Below, piece by piece: positions 32,409 through 44,167 of a DNA stretch of 64,000 bases. Made by a program: the position numbers and the translations under genes. The stretch comes from Vitrella brassicaformis CCMP3155 (taxonomy: Eukaryota; Protista; Chromerida): positions 124,001 through 188,000 of the forward strand of contig CDMY01000255.1 in assembly GCA_001179505.1 (NCBI GenBank), read 5' to 3'. Each line of letters opens with the position of its first letter. The first letter of the stretch is position 1. The notes beneath the pieces were generated by a model. It was not told where the DNA came from and did no database searches. It was given only the letters and a program-made list of their open reading frames with translations.

Positions 32409-34088
32409 TCAGCGGTCAACTGCTCGATCTGAGACAAGATGGCCTTTGCAGCGTCTGAGGGCTCCCACTTCTGACCGTGGACTGCCCAGCACTCGAGAGT
32501 CGCCCACCAGCTTCAGTCCCAGATCCAGCCCCTCAATCAGCTCGTCGAGGGACCCCCGATCGAGTGGCGACCAGGCGAGGCCCTTGCGGCACAGCCTGGC
32601 CAACAGCAGCGCCACTGGCTTGACCCACTCCAGCCCATCCACTCCCTCACACTCACGCAGGTCGTTGAAGCTCTCGCTGCCCGGCTTCTCGCGCGGGAAC
32701 CCCCTCTCGTCAAAGATCTCCTTGAGGGTCTGATCCCACTGCAGCAGCTTCATCTTGGCCTCTCGCAGCTCCCTCTGCTCACGGTCCTCCGGGCTCTCGT
32801 TCTGAGGTGTCTTCTTGTCGAAGGTCCAGCGGGCCAGAGAGTTGCCGAGCATCTGCTCCCGGATGGACACCGAGCAGTGGAACCTGCCCACCCAGCCGGC
32901 ATCCACGAACATGCCGCTCCTGTCATCTGGGACCAGCCCCAGGCCGTTCCAACGGTCGATGTTGGTCTTGAGCAGCTCACGGATCTTCGTGTGGTCCTCA
33001 CGGATCTTCGTCTGGTCGTCCTCCCTGCCCCCCAGCATCTCCTCCATATCCCCCTCTTTCACCGCATGCTGGACATAGAAGACGCTCTCCTCGGGCGACT
33101 CTTCCAGGGGCTTGCCGGCGACGCTCTGGTCTGCTGCCGCTCGGTCTGCGGCGGTGAAGCTCACGAAGACCGCGTTGCGGCCCGAGAGGAAGCTGGAACG
33201 GTCGAAGGCCCTCTCGCGTGTCTCCAGAACGTCTGCCATATCGACAAACTTGGGCACGCGGAGGGGGGCGTCTTGGCCACGCGGTGAAGTGCAGCCGTGT
33301 ATTGCTTCCTCAAGGCTCCTGTGGTGGAAGAACGTGTCGGCCGCTGCGTGGTCGCACAGCAGCAGCTGATACGTCCGCTGGGCCTCTCGATACCCCACGG
33401 CGGTGAGCTTCGCGCTCCCCAGAATTTGCCGCAGGTCTGTCAAGATATCATGGCGAATGATTTGGGGTGGGCCTTGCTTCTTGGTGTTGGGGGTGGGGGT
33501 GGGGTTGGTCAGCAGGCGGCACTTCTCGACTATCTTGGGGAAGCTGTACTTCTTATGGTGCCCCTTGACGGCCATGTACGCCCCTCGACCAGTATCTGAA
33601 GGCCGGCCGACAACACACACGATACACGAATCAGCAGGTGCATGCCGTCATGCCTCTCTCCCTCTCTCCTCTCCCCCTTTCTCCCCCTTGCTCCCTCACT
33701 CACCAAGCAGCTCCATCACAACAACATCGACATGCTCGTCTTTCTTGCCCTCCTCCACCAGCCGCCCTCGTATTGGCTCATCGTAGACGAGCTCGACGAA
33801 GGGAAAGAAGCGAGGCCGTCCACCGTCCTTGAGGATGTTACGTGCGTGTTTCAGCATCCTCGCTTCTCTGACGGCTTTGGGATTGACGGCCTCGTTTTGT
33901 CCAGAGGGGAATAACTTGAAGGCAGCACTGGGGTAATCGTAGCCTGCCGATCCCCTCCACACCTTGGCTGAGGCTCCCGCACCGCCTGGCAGCTCTGTCA
34001 GGTGGTAGATGCGGTTGTCCACATTCAGCTTGGCCGTCCGCAGAGGAGGCCCTGCCGATGTCGGCTGTGTGTGCGATGCCATCATCAC
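32409..34088 (-). CDS. Chimeric protein: protein-kinase N-lobe joined to an unrecognised ~390-aa region
   Basis: Exon 33696-34088 has a G-loop (LPGGAGASAKVWRG), the beta3 Lys (SAAFKL), the alphaC Glu (AVREARML) and the hinge (VVVMELL). It splices in phase (CTT G|gtgagt..ttcag|AT ACT) into the 403-codon ORF, which lacks recognisable HRDxKxxN, DFG and APE motifs. Confidence 0.6.
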
Positions 34089-34609
34089 GACCCGCCTCTC
34101 GCCGCTTCTTGCTTAGCGACCATCTCGGGTGGCATCTCCTGCACACACACAGCGCAGCAATGCTGTAGATGCCTCCTCCCAGCGGTGCTTCGTGTGCTTT
34201 CTGACCTATCGAATGGATGGCCGACGTGACAAACCAGACAAAGCAACCCATTCACGTCTTCCTTCACTTTCTGCGAGCCCTATGCTACACTCTTTTCCCT
34301 ATTCAGCCCGTTTTGCAAGCTTAGACGTGCTGAGCTCGCAAAGGATGCATGTAGAAAGGACGGCATTCATTCTTATTCGCTGATCTGACGTCGTGTGGGA
34401 CTCCTGGTTACCCCTTCGTCCACTGCCGCCCTCCCGCCCTCCGCTGCCTTTGCATCTCTACCTCAGGCGCATATTGAGACATCTCGCGCAACGAGGAGGA
34501 GGGCATCTGCCACGGCGGCCCTGCATCAACAACACCGCAGCCTCGAGCTCATCTGGCTCATCTGGGTCTCGGCAGCAGCGGCGCCCCGCGCTCTGCCCGT
34601 CTCATCACT

Positions 34610-36921
34610 ATGACCGAGCCGGCTCCGTCATCCACTGCAGCGGCCTCTGCTTCGTCATCCCTTGCCAAGTCTGATGACGCTGGGCAAGGCAAGGATCCGA
34701 CACCGCACAACAAGAAGGTCCGTCTGCATCGCATCCTCCAACTCGGGTATCGGGTCATCAGCTTTGTGGCGGCCGCCGCCCTTCGACTCGAGGCCCGAGT
34801 GGTGGGGGTGTGCTACCATATGCAGAAAACGGGGCGGCGAGAGGATTACCGCACGGTGATTGAGGTCGGTGGGTTCGACGAGCCTGCCGAGACGTCTCTG
34901 TCTCGTGTGGCAAGACGGCTGCCAAGGCGGCCTGCGGCCACCCTTCCGGCATGCTATTTTCGAGAACCGCGGGCTGCAGCCGGACGGGACGCATGCCGTG
35001 AGAGTGGAGGTGCCCAACTCGTATTTCGGCGGCAGGTTCTTGTCCTCAGTCGTCATGGCCTACACCCCGAAGAACACGACGGCCTCGAAGATGGGGTAAG
35101 TGGGGTGGATGGGGTGTGTGTACATCCATCCATCCATGTGTGTCGTGCTGTCTGCCTCTCTGCTTCCAGGTTCTCCAGCGCGCTGGGTGGAGCGCTGCTG
35201 CCCGACCGCTCTGGACACCTGTGGGCTGTGGTCAACGGCCTGGTCCCTCAGCAACGCATCTGGCCCCTCGGCAACAACAAGTACTCGAGCATGGACCTGG
35301 ATGAGGTGACCGTGGAGTTCCCCCACGCCCGCATCATCATCAGCCCCGCCGGCACGATCAGCCCCACCTTCATCCAGGCTCCTGCCAACCCAGGTCCTGG
35401 CCCTGCGGCAATGTACGGCAAGTGGGCCCTCAACCCCCAGGGCGCCGGTGGATACCAGGGCGGCAACACGGCCATCACCGTCGACTGCGTCTACACATGC
35501 ACCACCCAGCAGCACGCAGACGGTGCATTCATCCCCGCGCACTACTTCATCAAGGCCTTCAAGTGCCTCATCGACCCGTACGCCCGCCCGCAGCGCGACT
35601 CGAGCGAGCTGGTGGTTGACATGACGTGCGTCATGCCCAGCAGCGCCTGGTACAAGGCCTTCGGCAAGGACGGTGGGGATGGCCTGCAGAAAGCCACCGG
35701 CCCCACCAGCCCCCCGGCAGCAGCAGCAGCAGCGGCACCAGCGTCATCATCGGTGCAGGAGGGGGGGCAGGGGGAGGGGGGCCAGGGGGGCTGGGACGGG
35801 CATGAGATACCCATGTGGGTCAGCCGCGTCCTGCCGTACGCGCAAGGCACCAGCCTCTGCCTCCCTCACATAGGTCGAGAGCCTTTCCAGCTGGGTTTCT
35901 TCAAGGACGAGGACGGCGTGGGGTGCCCTCGGGTCGATGCCGTGGGGATTGCTGGCACCTTCCAGTCGAGCCTGTCGGCCAGGGGCATCAACGGCATCGA
36001 CGCCCTCCTCGTGCCGCCCAAGACGGTCGAGAGCGCGAAGCGCTACGTGGTCGAGGACGGTGCCGATGTGCGTGTGGTGTGCGTCTGCGATTCCCCATCA
36101 CCAAGGACGAAGCCGCGCAAGGCGGGTACGAACAACACACACACATGAACGCAGACAGACAGAGAGAAAGACTATAGCGTCTGGATGGATGGGTGCGAAT
36201 GGTGTCTTTACTTGCCAGGCTGTTTGTGGGTCTCGAGTACGAGGACTCCCGCGCTTTCGCTTTCAAAGGCAACAGCAAGCTCCTCGAGAAACTACTGAGC
36301 CTGCCATTCAACAAGAGCTTCACGGACGTTCTCGCCACCACCGACTACAGCCGCCCCCAACCCATCCCCCTCACCGTGATCGTCAAGCACTCCGAATGCA
36401 TGTTCCCCACGGGTGACGACCAGCCGCCTGGGGTGAGGTTCTTCAGCAGGAGCAGCGCGCAGGCTGACGTCGGCTCGTGTGGCTGGGGGCTTGACCACAT
36501 GGACACGCCGTATGACTTCGCCGCAATGGGCTTCTTCCAAAGCGACGCCGAGCCGACCCACGACAGCATCCCGGTGGGCATGAGCACCATCGCGCCAACG
36601 TACACAAGCACCAGTCGATTCGAGACCGACCTGCCCACCATCCCCGAGGAAGACACGACCCCCTCACCCATGGAGCCACTCACGCTGCTACAGCCGTCGG
36701 CCACCTCCACTGCTGCTGCAGCAGCAGCAGCAGCATCATCGGTGCAAGACGTCAACGGCACGGCACCCACCATGTCGGCAGCAGGAGCAGCACCATGTGG
36801 GCAGGTGCAGCCGGGCGACATGTCAGCAGTGCAGGGCGAGGGCGAGGGGGAGGGCGAGGGCGAGGGAGAGGGGAAGACGGCTGTCGGCACATCCACATCC
36901 ACCACCGACCAACAGCAGTGA
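34610..36921 (+). CDS. Hypothetical protein, about 4 exons, no family recognised
   Basis: Strongly codon-biased exons: MTEPAPSS..YRTVIEV|DGCQGG..PKNTTASKMG|FSSALGGALLPDRSGHLW..VVEDGAD|..LFVGLEYEDSRAFAF..DQQQ*. Divergent from the kinase-N-lobe gene across ~34090-34610. Confidence 0.65.
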
Positions 36922-36999
36922 TCGCCAAACCCGACCATGCGTGTGGGGGGATGGGCTGCTTGTCGTCCGGCTGCTTGGCTGATTGAGTGAGTGTTCGTC

Positions 37000-39480
37000 G
37001 TGTGGTGGGTGTGGTGGAAAGGAGGATGGTACCTACGTGTGCATGACATGGTGATGACATGGTGCTTCCTGCTCGTGTGCGTGTGTGTGCTGACGTGCAT
37101 GTGTGTGTTTCGTCTGTGCCTCCCTGGCATACAGCGGCAACCGCCCTGTGGTCAAACGGGACGACGACACACCAACACTATCGCACACCAGGTCATGCAT
37201 ACACACGCAGCTGTGTCGATCGCTTCTGTCTTGGGTACCTGTGGGTGTGTGAATGTCATGACTTCGTGTCGGGTGAATGGCTGTGGGTGCTGAGTTTGTG
37301 TGGCTTGGTCGCGTGAGTGGATGTCTTGACGTCCATGTGTGTTTTGGTCTTGTCGGCGCGTGGCGGAAGTCGACGCTTCTCGCCATGCACCGTGCACCTG
37401 ACAAGACTCACACACACTTGGCACGTCAGCACGTGACTGCATGCACAGCACAGCACAGTGAGGTGATTGCGGCCACGTATATCGCATTGTCCTGTGCCGT
37501 GTCGCCCACCCACCCACTCACTCCCTGTCTGTCTGTCTGCCTGCCTGTCTGCCTGTCTGCCTGCCTGCCTGCCTGCCTGTGCGTACATCGATCCAGCACG
37601 TTTTAACGGAGGGCATGTACGTGTACGTGTACTTGTGGGTGTGGGTGGTGCGTGGAGGTCATGATGTGATGTGATGGCAGTGGCTGTGGCTGTCTGCGTG
37701 ATGTGGAATGACCAGTGCTTTGTCCCTCCCCCTCTGAGCGACGTGGTGTGACGCCTGTGTACCATAATGACTGCAGACGGCGTGGCGCTCATCCAGCCCA
37801 GTCGCTTGCCTGCCTGCCTGCCTGCCTTCATCGAGGTGCTCGTCTCTGTCTGTGCAATGTCTGACTATCGCTAGGTGATGCATCGCTCGACGCTGAATTA
37901 GGTTCTCTCCCAGTGTATGTCTGTCTGTCTGACTTACTGGCTGGCTGGCTGCCCGTGTTATCCATTGGTGTGACATGAGATTGACGTGGACGCCATGTAC
38001 GTACGTGTGTGTCAGGCGTCTGTATTTGTGTACACACATATACATATACGTATACACATACATATGCATATACATATATACGTATACACATACATATACG
38101 TATGTGGATGCCCGTGTGCGTGTGCGCGTGTGTGCGTGTGGCTCGCTGGTGGCTGAGTTTGGTCTCTCCGTCGTTTTCTTATCCACACAAGTGCATGTGG
38201 CTGGGTCTTTTGTGAACGGCTTATGGCATACTTGTGTTTTTCCCTAGCGACATTCACGTCTTCGTTACCCCAGCGATGCTGCTGCTGCGTGCATCAGATG
38301 CGCACGCATCCATCCATCCATCAGCCAGCCAGCCAGGCTCTCTCGTCGCTATTCGACTATTCTAGTAGGTGGGGTTTTCCACTTTGCTGCTGCAGCAGGC
38401 AAAACAAAGCAGGAGAGTGATTCGAAAGGACAATCGATGTGTGACATTGCATGTGTGTGTCCCATTTTCGGGGTGGTCGGGGTGATGGATGGATGGATGG
38501 ATATGATTACATACATGCATACATGCACGGTATGTATTGGCTCATCTTTCCGGCAGCGCACAGACAGACAGATGTCAATGTGTTTTAGGTGTCTCTTTTT
38601 CCACACACACACGCACACACACATTTACCCACATCTACCCACACTCACTCACACGCACCCCCAGCGTGCCGGCCTCCCTCGGCTGAGTGCTGCAGTGCAT
38701 CCAATTTTGACATGACATTGGTGCGTGTGTGTGTATGTGACGCCAACTGACTTCTCTCTCTCATTTTTGGTGGGCCAGACGGGACCATATTCTCAGCTAC
38801 GTGGAGGTGAGAGGGGAGGGGGTGGACAGGACAGGCGGCGATTGATTGATGTGCCATCCCTTGTGTGTTTGCCTGGTCACTGACTGACACACACTGCCAC
38901 ACCCCCACGAACAGACAGGCATCGATACGCCGGGAGATCGGCAGCGTTTTTGATGGAACAATGCTGGTGTACGTGGACTGTACGTGGACACGTCTGCACA
39001 CCCCTTTGGATATGACTGACTGACTGACTGACTCGAGCGACAAGCAGGGAGACTTCTCTGAGGCTCGGCCTATCGTCCTGTCTTTTTTTCTTTCTTTGAT
39101 TCATTCATTCATTCATTCATTCATTCTCTCTATCCCGCTGTCTGGCTGACATATGGCCGATATATATATATCTTCTGTGTGTATGTATTGGCTCATCTTT
39201 CTGGCAGCCCACAGACAGACAGACAGACAGATGTCCACGTGTTTTAGGTGTCTCTTTTCCACACACACACACACACACACACACTTACCCACGCTAACTC
39301 ACACGCACCCACAGCGTGCACGCCGTGCCGGCCTCCCTCAGCTGAGTGCTGTGGTGCGCATCCAATTTTGACATGACATTGGTGCGTGTGTGTGTATGTG
39401 ACGCCAACTGACTTCTCTCTCTCATTTTTGGTGGGCTCAGACGGGACCATGGATGGATGCGGTGCAGACAGAGGTGAGAG
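37000..39480. repeat. Non-coding microsatellite-rich spacer
   Basis: (GT)n, (CTGC)n/(CTGT)n, (TGAC)n, (TTCA)n and a degenerate TA/CA tract at ~38030-38105; no codon-like frame. Confidence 0.8.
38531..39450 (+). repeat. ~260-bp direct repeat pair (38531-38788 and 39182-39450)
   Basis: Both copies start tatgtattggctcatcttt, share catccaattttgacatgacattggtgcgtgtgtgtgtatgtgacgccaactgacttctctctctcatttttggtgggc and end gggaccat. Confidence 0.9.
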
Positions 39481-39816
39481 AGTGATTGAAGTATCCATGT
39501 GTCAAATAAGAGGCCAACACGCGCAAACATCCCGTAATCGGCAACCGCCAAATGCAGGGTTTGGGCTCAGGGTAGGGTTTAAAACCCTGAACCCCAAGGG
39601 GGACCTGCGTAGCGAATGTGACGCATTAGCCGAGCGAACGGCGAATCGAAGCACTCCAATCATCGCACCGCTGCCCTCTCGACTTTTGTGGTGGGATGGC
39701 TGGTCATTGAGCTGATAGATATCCGAAGACCTGGTGAGGCCGAGCACTCATCCATTCACCTCAATGCTGCATCTCTGTGTGTCTTGTCCGTTCATTACAG
39801 GTTTGTTCGTTCGGTG

Positions 39817-42800
39817 ATGGCGGCTTCGTGCTCATCTGACGCCATTGGGCCAAAGGAGGACAGCTCAGCCACTGCCGCAGACGAGTCCGCACAGGCAGCC
39901 CATCCCCTCAGCGATAATGAGGAGATCAAACCTGAGCTCTCTGCAATGATATCAGACACGGTGAGGTTATGCTAGGTCATGACACGGACGTATTGGATTT
40001 CTCTCGTTCGTGTCACAAAATGTGTCATGCAGCCCGGCCTGCTGGATTGCGTCGCTGTGTTCTTGCCGCTTCATCTTCGGGTGTACGTGTCGCGGCACAT
40101 GAGGGAGGCCGTTGCACCTCACCACACACGGCTCGTCATCAGCCCGGCTGACAAGGAGGAGCGGTCCGTCTGGGAGCGCATCCCAATCGGCCTCGTGAAG
40201 GGGCTGGCAGCGTCCCTCACTCGCCTCACGTCCATTATCTTCTGCTATCCCGTTTTCGCCACTCTCTGGTGCTTTGACGTCTTCATCACATTCGTCGAAG
40301 GCCACGCTGAGGGGCGGCGAACAGCCAACATGCAGGGAGGAAGCCTGCAGACTATTGTTTTGGAGAAGGTATCCCTATCTTGGGACAAGCCCCGACTGCA
40401 GCGGTGCGATCTTCCCCTCCCTCCGCCCGCAGTCCCTCCGCCGACCCTTCACGCGCTCACGTCCGTCACGGGACTCGCAGACGGAGTTGTTACCCGTCGT
40501 CGACCTCACAGAGTTGTTTGGACTGAGCCGTATGGACATAGCAGGATGGCTGACAGAGGGTGGCGCATGCCCTCTCTTGCTCGAGTGGAGCAGACGGGGT
40601 GGTCGTGCCCCTCGTTGGGCCGCTTCATTTGCACCTCTCGACGCCTGCAGCACGTCGACGGGGATTTCTCAGGTGGCGGGTGGGCGTCGGCCTTTGAGCA
40701 TCTGCCTGTGGGCGATGGTGGGCAGCCGGGGCCTCTCAGCCAGCTCAAGAGTATCGGCAAGATAAGGATCCTTTGTTCCCAACGTCGTGCTTCTGTAGAA
40801 TCGAGTGGGCTGCGTCAGCTACAGGTGATCAGAATATATGCACCTCGCAGCGTGTATCGCGTCTTCTTGTGCACCTTTGCTTGAATGTAATCAGGTAGCT
40901 CTGTCAGCGCGTGGCTGCCGCAAGTCCCTCACAGGGCTCGACGTTGTCCTCCCACCTGACCCTGCCGAGCTGTGCGGTGACCTTTGCGCTCTTGATGGCC
41001 TCGTCACCAACTGCTGTATATCGCCCGACGTCCCGGTCTCTGTGGGGATCGGCACAAACGCCTTCAACCCGTTCAGCCTCCACACCGACCACTTCCCCCC
41101 CAACCCCACCCCCACATTCAGGAGGACGATCCAGCAGGTGGCGCAGAAGATAAAACGTCTGCCTTTCTCCCTCAGAGAAGGCCCCTTGCCCCCCGCCACA
41201 GAGGCGGCAATCGACCTGGCCCGGACGCTGTCATTCGACAGCGCCACAGAGGTGGAGGTCCGAGTCCCGTTCCGTGCTACCATCCCTCCCCAGGACAGCA
41301 TGATCATCTCGCATCTGCAGCAACTGCCGCCGCAAGCCGCCCGTCTGACCGTCGGCGGTCGTCCGGGACTGCAAGCCGAACCTTATGTCATGGGCGCTGT
41401 GGGTGCCATGGTGGCCGCCAAGATGCCCAAGTATGTCAAGGAGGTCATCGGGGAGTCATGGGTGGGGGAAGACGCCGTCCGTGTGCTCGAGGGTCTCGGG
41501 AGGGACAGGGAGGTGGGCAGCGTGAAGATCAAGTATGTCTTTTTGGAGCAGCTGACGAGTACCGCTGCGACGCTACCGGCCATACATGAACTCGAAGTAG
41601 AGGGTGAGCCGAGCCAGCGAGTGAGGAAGTGCACCTAGCCTTGCCGATGTCTGTCTGTAGTGAATCCATGCGTGCGGGATGAGCAGGAGGCTGCCCGTTT
41701 CCATTCGACCTTCGTGTCGCTCTGCCAGAGTGTGCGGGGGCTGCGGCGCGTGGAGATACACGTCGACGTGAGGAAGACGGCTGTCTCAGACGTGGTTGAG
41801 CTGCTCGATCGGGGCACCAAGCTCGGCAGTGGCTTCAGCGTCACCAACCTACAGATTGATAAGTGCGTTTTGGACAGCCGTGACAGCGATGTCGTGGTCA
41901 CTGCCACACGGGACATGAGACCGCAGGTCGGCACGAGAGACAGAGAGGGAGAACGATTTTGGTCGGTGGCTGGCTGTAACTGTGGGTGGTGTATATGGAT
42001 GGGTGTTGGTCAGGTCGCTGCTGGTGCTGCCGCTGTGGCTTCCAGGGATCCAGCAGCGAGCCACGATCTTGCTGCTGCTTTGTCGGCAGGCCGTCTACGT
42101 GTCGGCGCGGAGATGGTCGACGGCACAGGGACATCGCGAGAGGTGGGAGAGGGACAGCGTGGGCGTCCGTCCCGGGAGCTGCAGGTAGGACTCGTTGATG
42201 ACCTGACCTCTTGGGTGAGTATTGAGAGACCATCCTAGCATGATGCACTTCACACGTGTTGGAGAGTGAGGCACATAATTTATGTGTCTGTCTGTCATGA
42301 ATGCATGCCATGCAGGCGGCTTCTCCCTCAGCCCCCGTAGCCGTAGCTGATGGTCCGTCGCCCTCACCAGAAGGAATCCACCATGGACAGCAGGTTCGCA
42401 GGGATGGGGGCTGAGGATGGAACGATTGGCACGACGCACGTACATCCCTGTATGTGTTGTTGTCGCATCGTTCGTGTGTGTGTGTGTGTGCCTTGCTGTG
42501 TATGTATGTGTGCAGGAGATCTTGACGCCGTTCGGTGGCCCTGACCGCGAGATGCCCTCACCCGTCGCATCACGTGAAGCGCCGTGAAGGCCTGACGAGC
42601 GTGTGGACGGCGGGCGTGTGAGTGGTGTCGGTGTCGCTGGTCGTGTTGGCCATGGCAACGAGTCGGTACGCCAGGATGCTGCAGCTTTGGTAGGTACAGA
42701 GGCACTTCACACACGGGCACACAGACATGTGTCGCGGGAGGTGGCGTCATGTCCTCTCTCTGTTGTGCTCTCATGCCTGCAGGTGGCTGACACTTCCACA

Positions 42801-44167
42801 CAGACAGAAGCGCAGGAGGATGGGCAGCAGCAGGTATGCACACAGATTGCACACCACACCAGAGGCAGGGAGGGGGCCATGGGTGGCCGACATCTTTGTC
42901 TGTGTGTACACCCGTCTCTTTGTCTGGGCCCTCCTGTCGATTGGGTGTGCGGGCAGGCCGCTCCCCCAGTTCTGTCGAGTCGTCCCCCCGCCCCTCCCCC
43001 GCCACCACAGCCGCCCAGCGAGCCGTCGGCATCGTCGGAGGAGCCGGCAGACGCGACAGAACCTGAGCGTGAGGCGGTGGATTTGATACGTGATTTGATG
43101 TGCCTCACCGACGATGAAGGGATGAGTTGGGCGCGCTTGTTGATCGAATCCGTCAGTTCTGTCGAGCAGGTACGTCACACAAGTCCTTCGAAATGCCATG
43201 TCACTCACTTATTTGCTGCCGTGTCCTGCCTGCTGGTTTTCACAGCGACCGATGCCGCCCACCGCATCGCCCAACGCTCAGGTGCAGACAGACAGACAGA
43301 CAGACAGAAACGCGTATGGTGAGAAGAGCATCACATGTTCAATGCCGTAATGACTGTGCCGCTCGTCAGGTTGGTCATAGTGGTACTGTTGCTGCTGCTG
43401 CGGGTCCCAGTGAGCCGTCTCAGAACAACACAGCTGCGCCAGGCGCTCCTGGGGTGCGCACAGCCGAGAGAAGACACACGAACACGACTAAGCATGATGA
43501 CATCTGCGTGTCCTTGCTGTCAGGTCGGTTCCCCGCCGGTGCTCTCTGCTGCATCGCCCCCTTTCGCTGGCCATGCCATGCCGATGCTGCCGATGGTCCA
43601 TCCGTCTGGCCCCCCTGCCGCCACGATAGCGTCCCACCGCCCCTCATCACTCTGTGGCGGTCCCCCTCCAATCAACCCTGGCGGTGCTGCGGCTCCCCAC
43701 GCGCACTATCTGCCCCCTTCCCGGCCGCCAGCAGCTCCATTCGGGCCATCGCCGCCGAGCCATCCCCCGCCACGCGCCGTGTTGCATTCTCCTCCTGGCC
43801 GTCCACCGTCGCCCCCCACTGGACTCCATCCTGGTGCAACCGCTCAGGCGTTGCCAGTAGGGGGAGGCCCTCCACAGCCACCGCCGCATCCCTGGCCGCC
43901 CAGAGGCGCCGCACCACACGCGTCAGGGCATCCCATGTTCGTACCATCCGCACGTCCCCCTCTCCCCGCCATTTCCCTCCCTGGTGGCACAGCTGCTTCA
44001 CAGCCGCACCATCAGGTCCTCTTCCCGCCGCCTGCAGCAGCCTCAGTGTCCAGGGGATGTGCACGGCCACTACCATGATTCTACCAGCCACACGGAGGCG
44101 TCCCGACCGACGCACACGGGCAGCAATGGCAGCCGCAATATGGCAGATAGCAAGCTGGGCGGGGTAA
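39817..44167 (+). CDS. Lineage-expanded F-box-like/LRR-like hypothetical protein, copy B, with Ala/Pro-rich tail exons (3' structure uncertain)
   Basis: MAASCSSDAIGPKEDSSATAADES..ELSAMISDT|..LLDCVAVFLPLHLRVYVSRHMREAVAPHHTRLV..|VALSARGCRKSL..; paralogous to 18501-21556. Confidence 0.6.
43430..43925 (+). repeat. Left arm of a near-identical inverted repeat (partner 49160-49650)
   Basis: The ORF track gives an identical 68-aa translation for 43654..43860(+) and 49226..49432(-). The coordinate sum of 93086 places the axis at 46543. Confidence 0.95.

Noticed and set aside
34855-34920. Apparent frameshift between the 34610 frame and the KNTTASKMG frame
   Set aside because: A 46-nt intron (GTC G|gtgggt..ggcaag|AC GGC) restores the frame.
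39560-39600. Interstitial telomere
   Set aside because: Only two or three scattered GGGTT(T) units, not a tandem array; kept only as a possible promoter motif.
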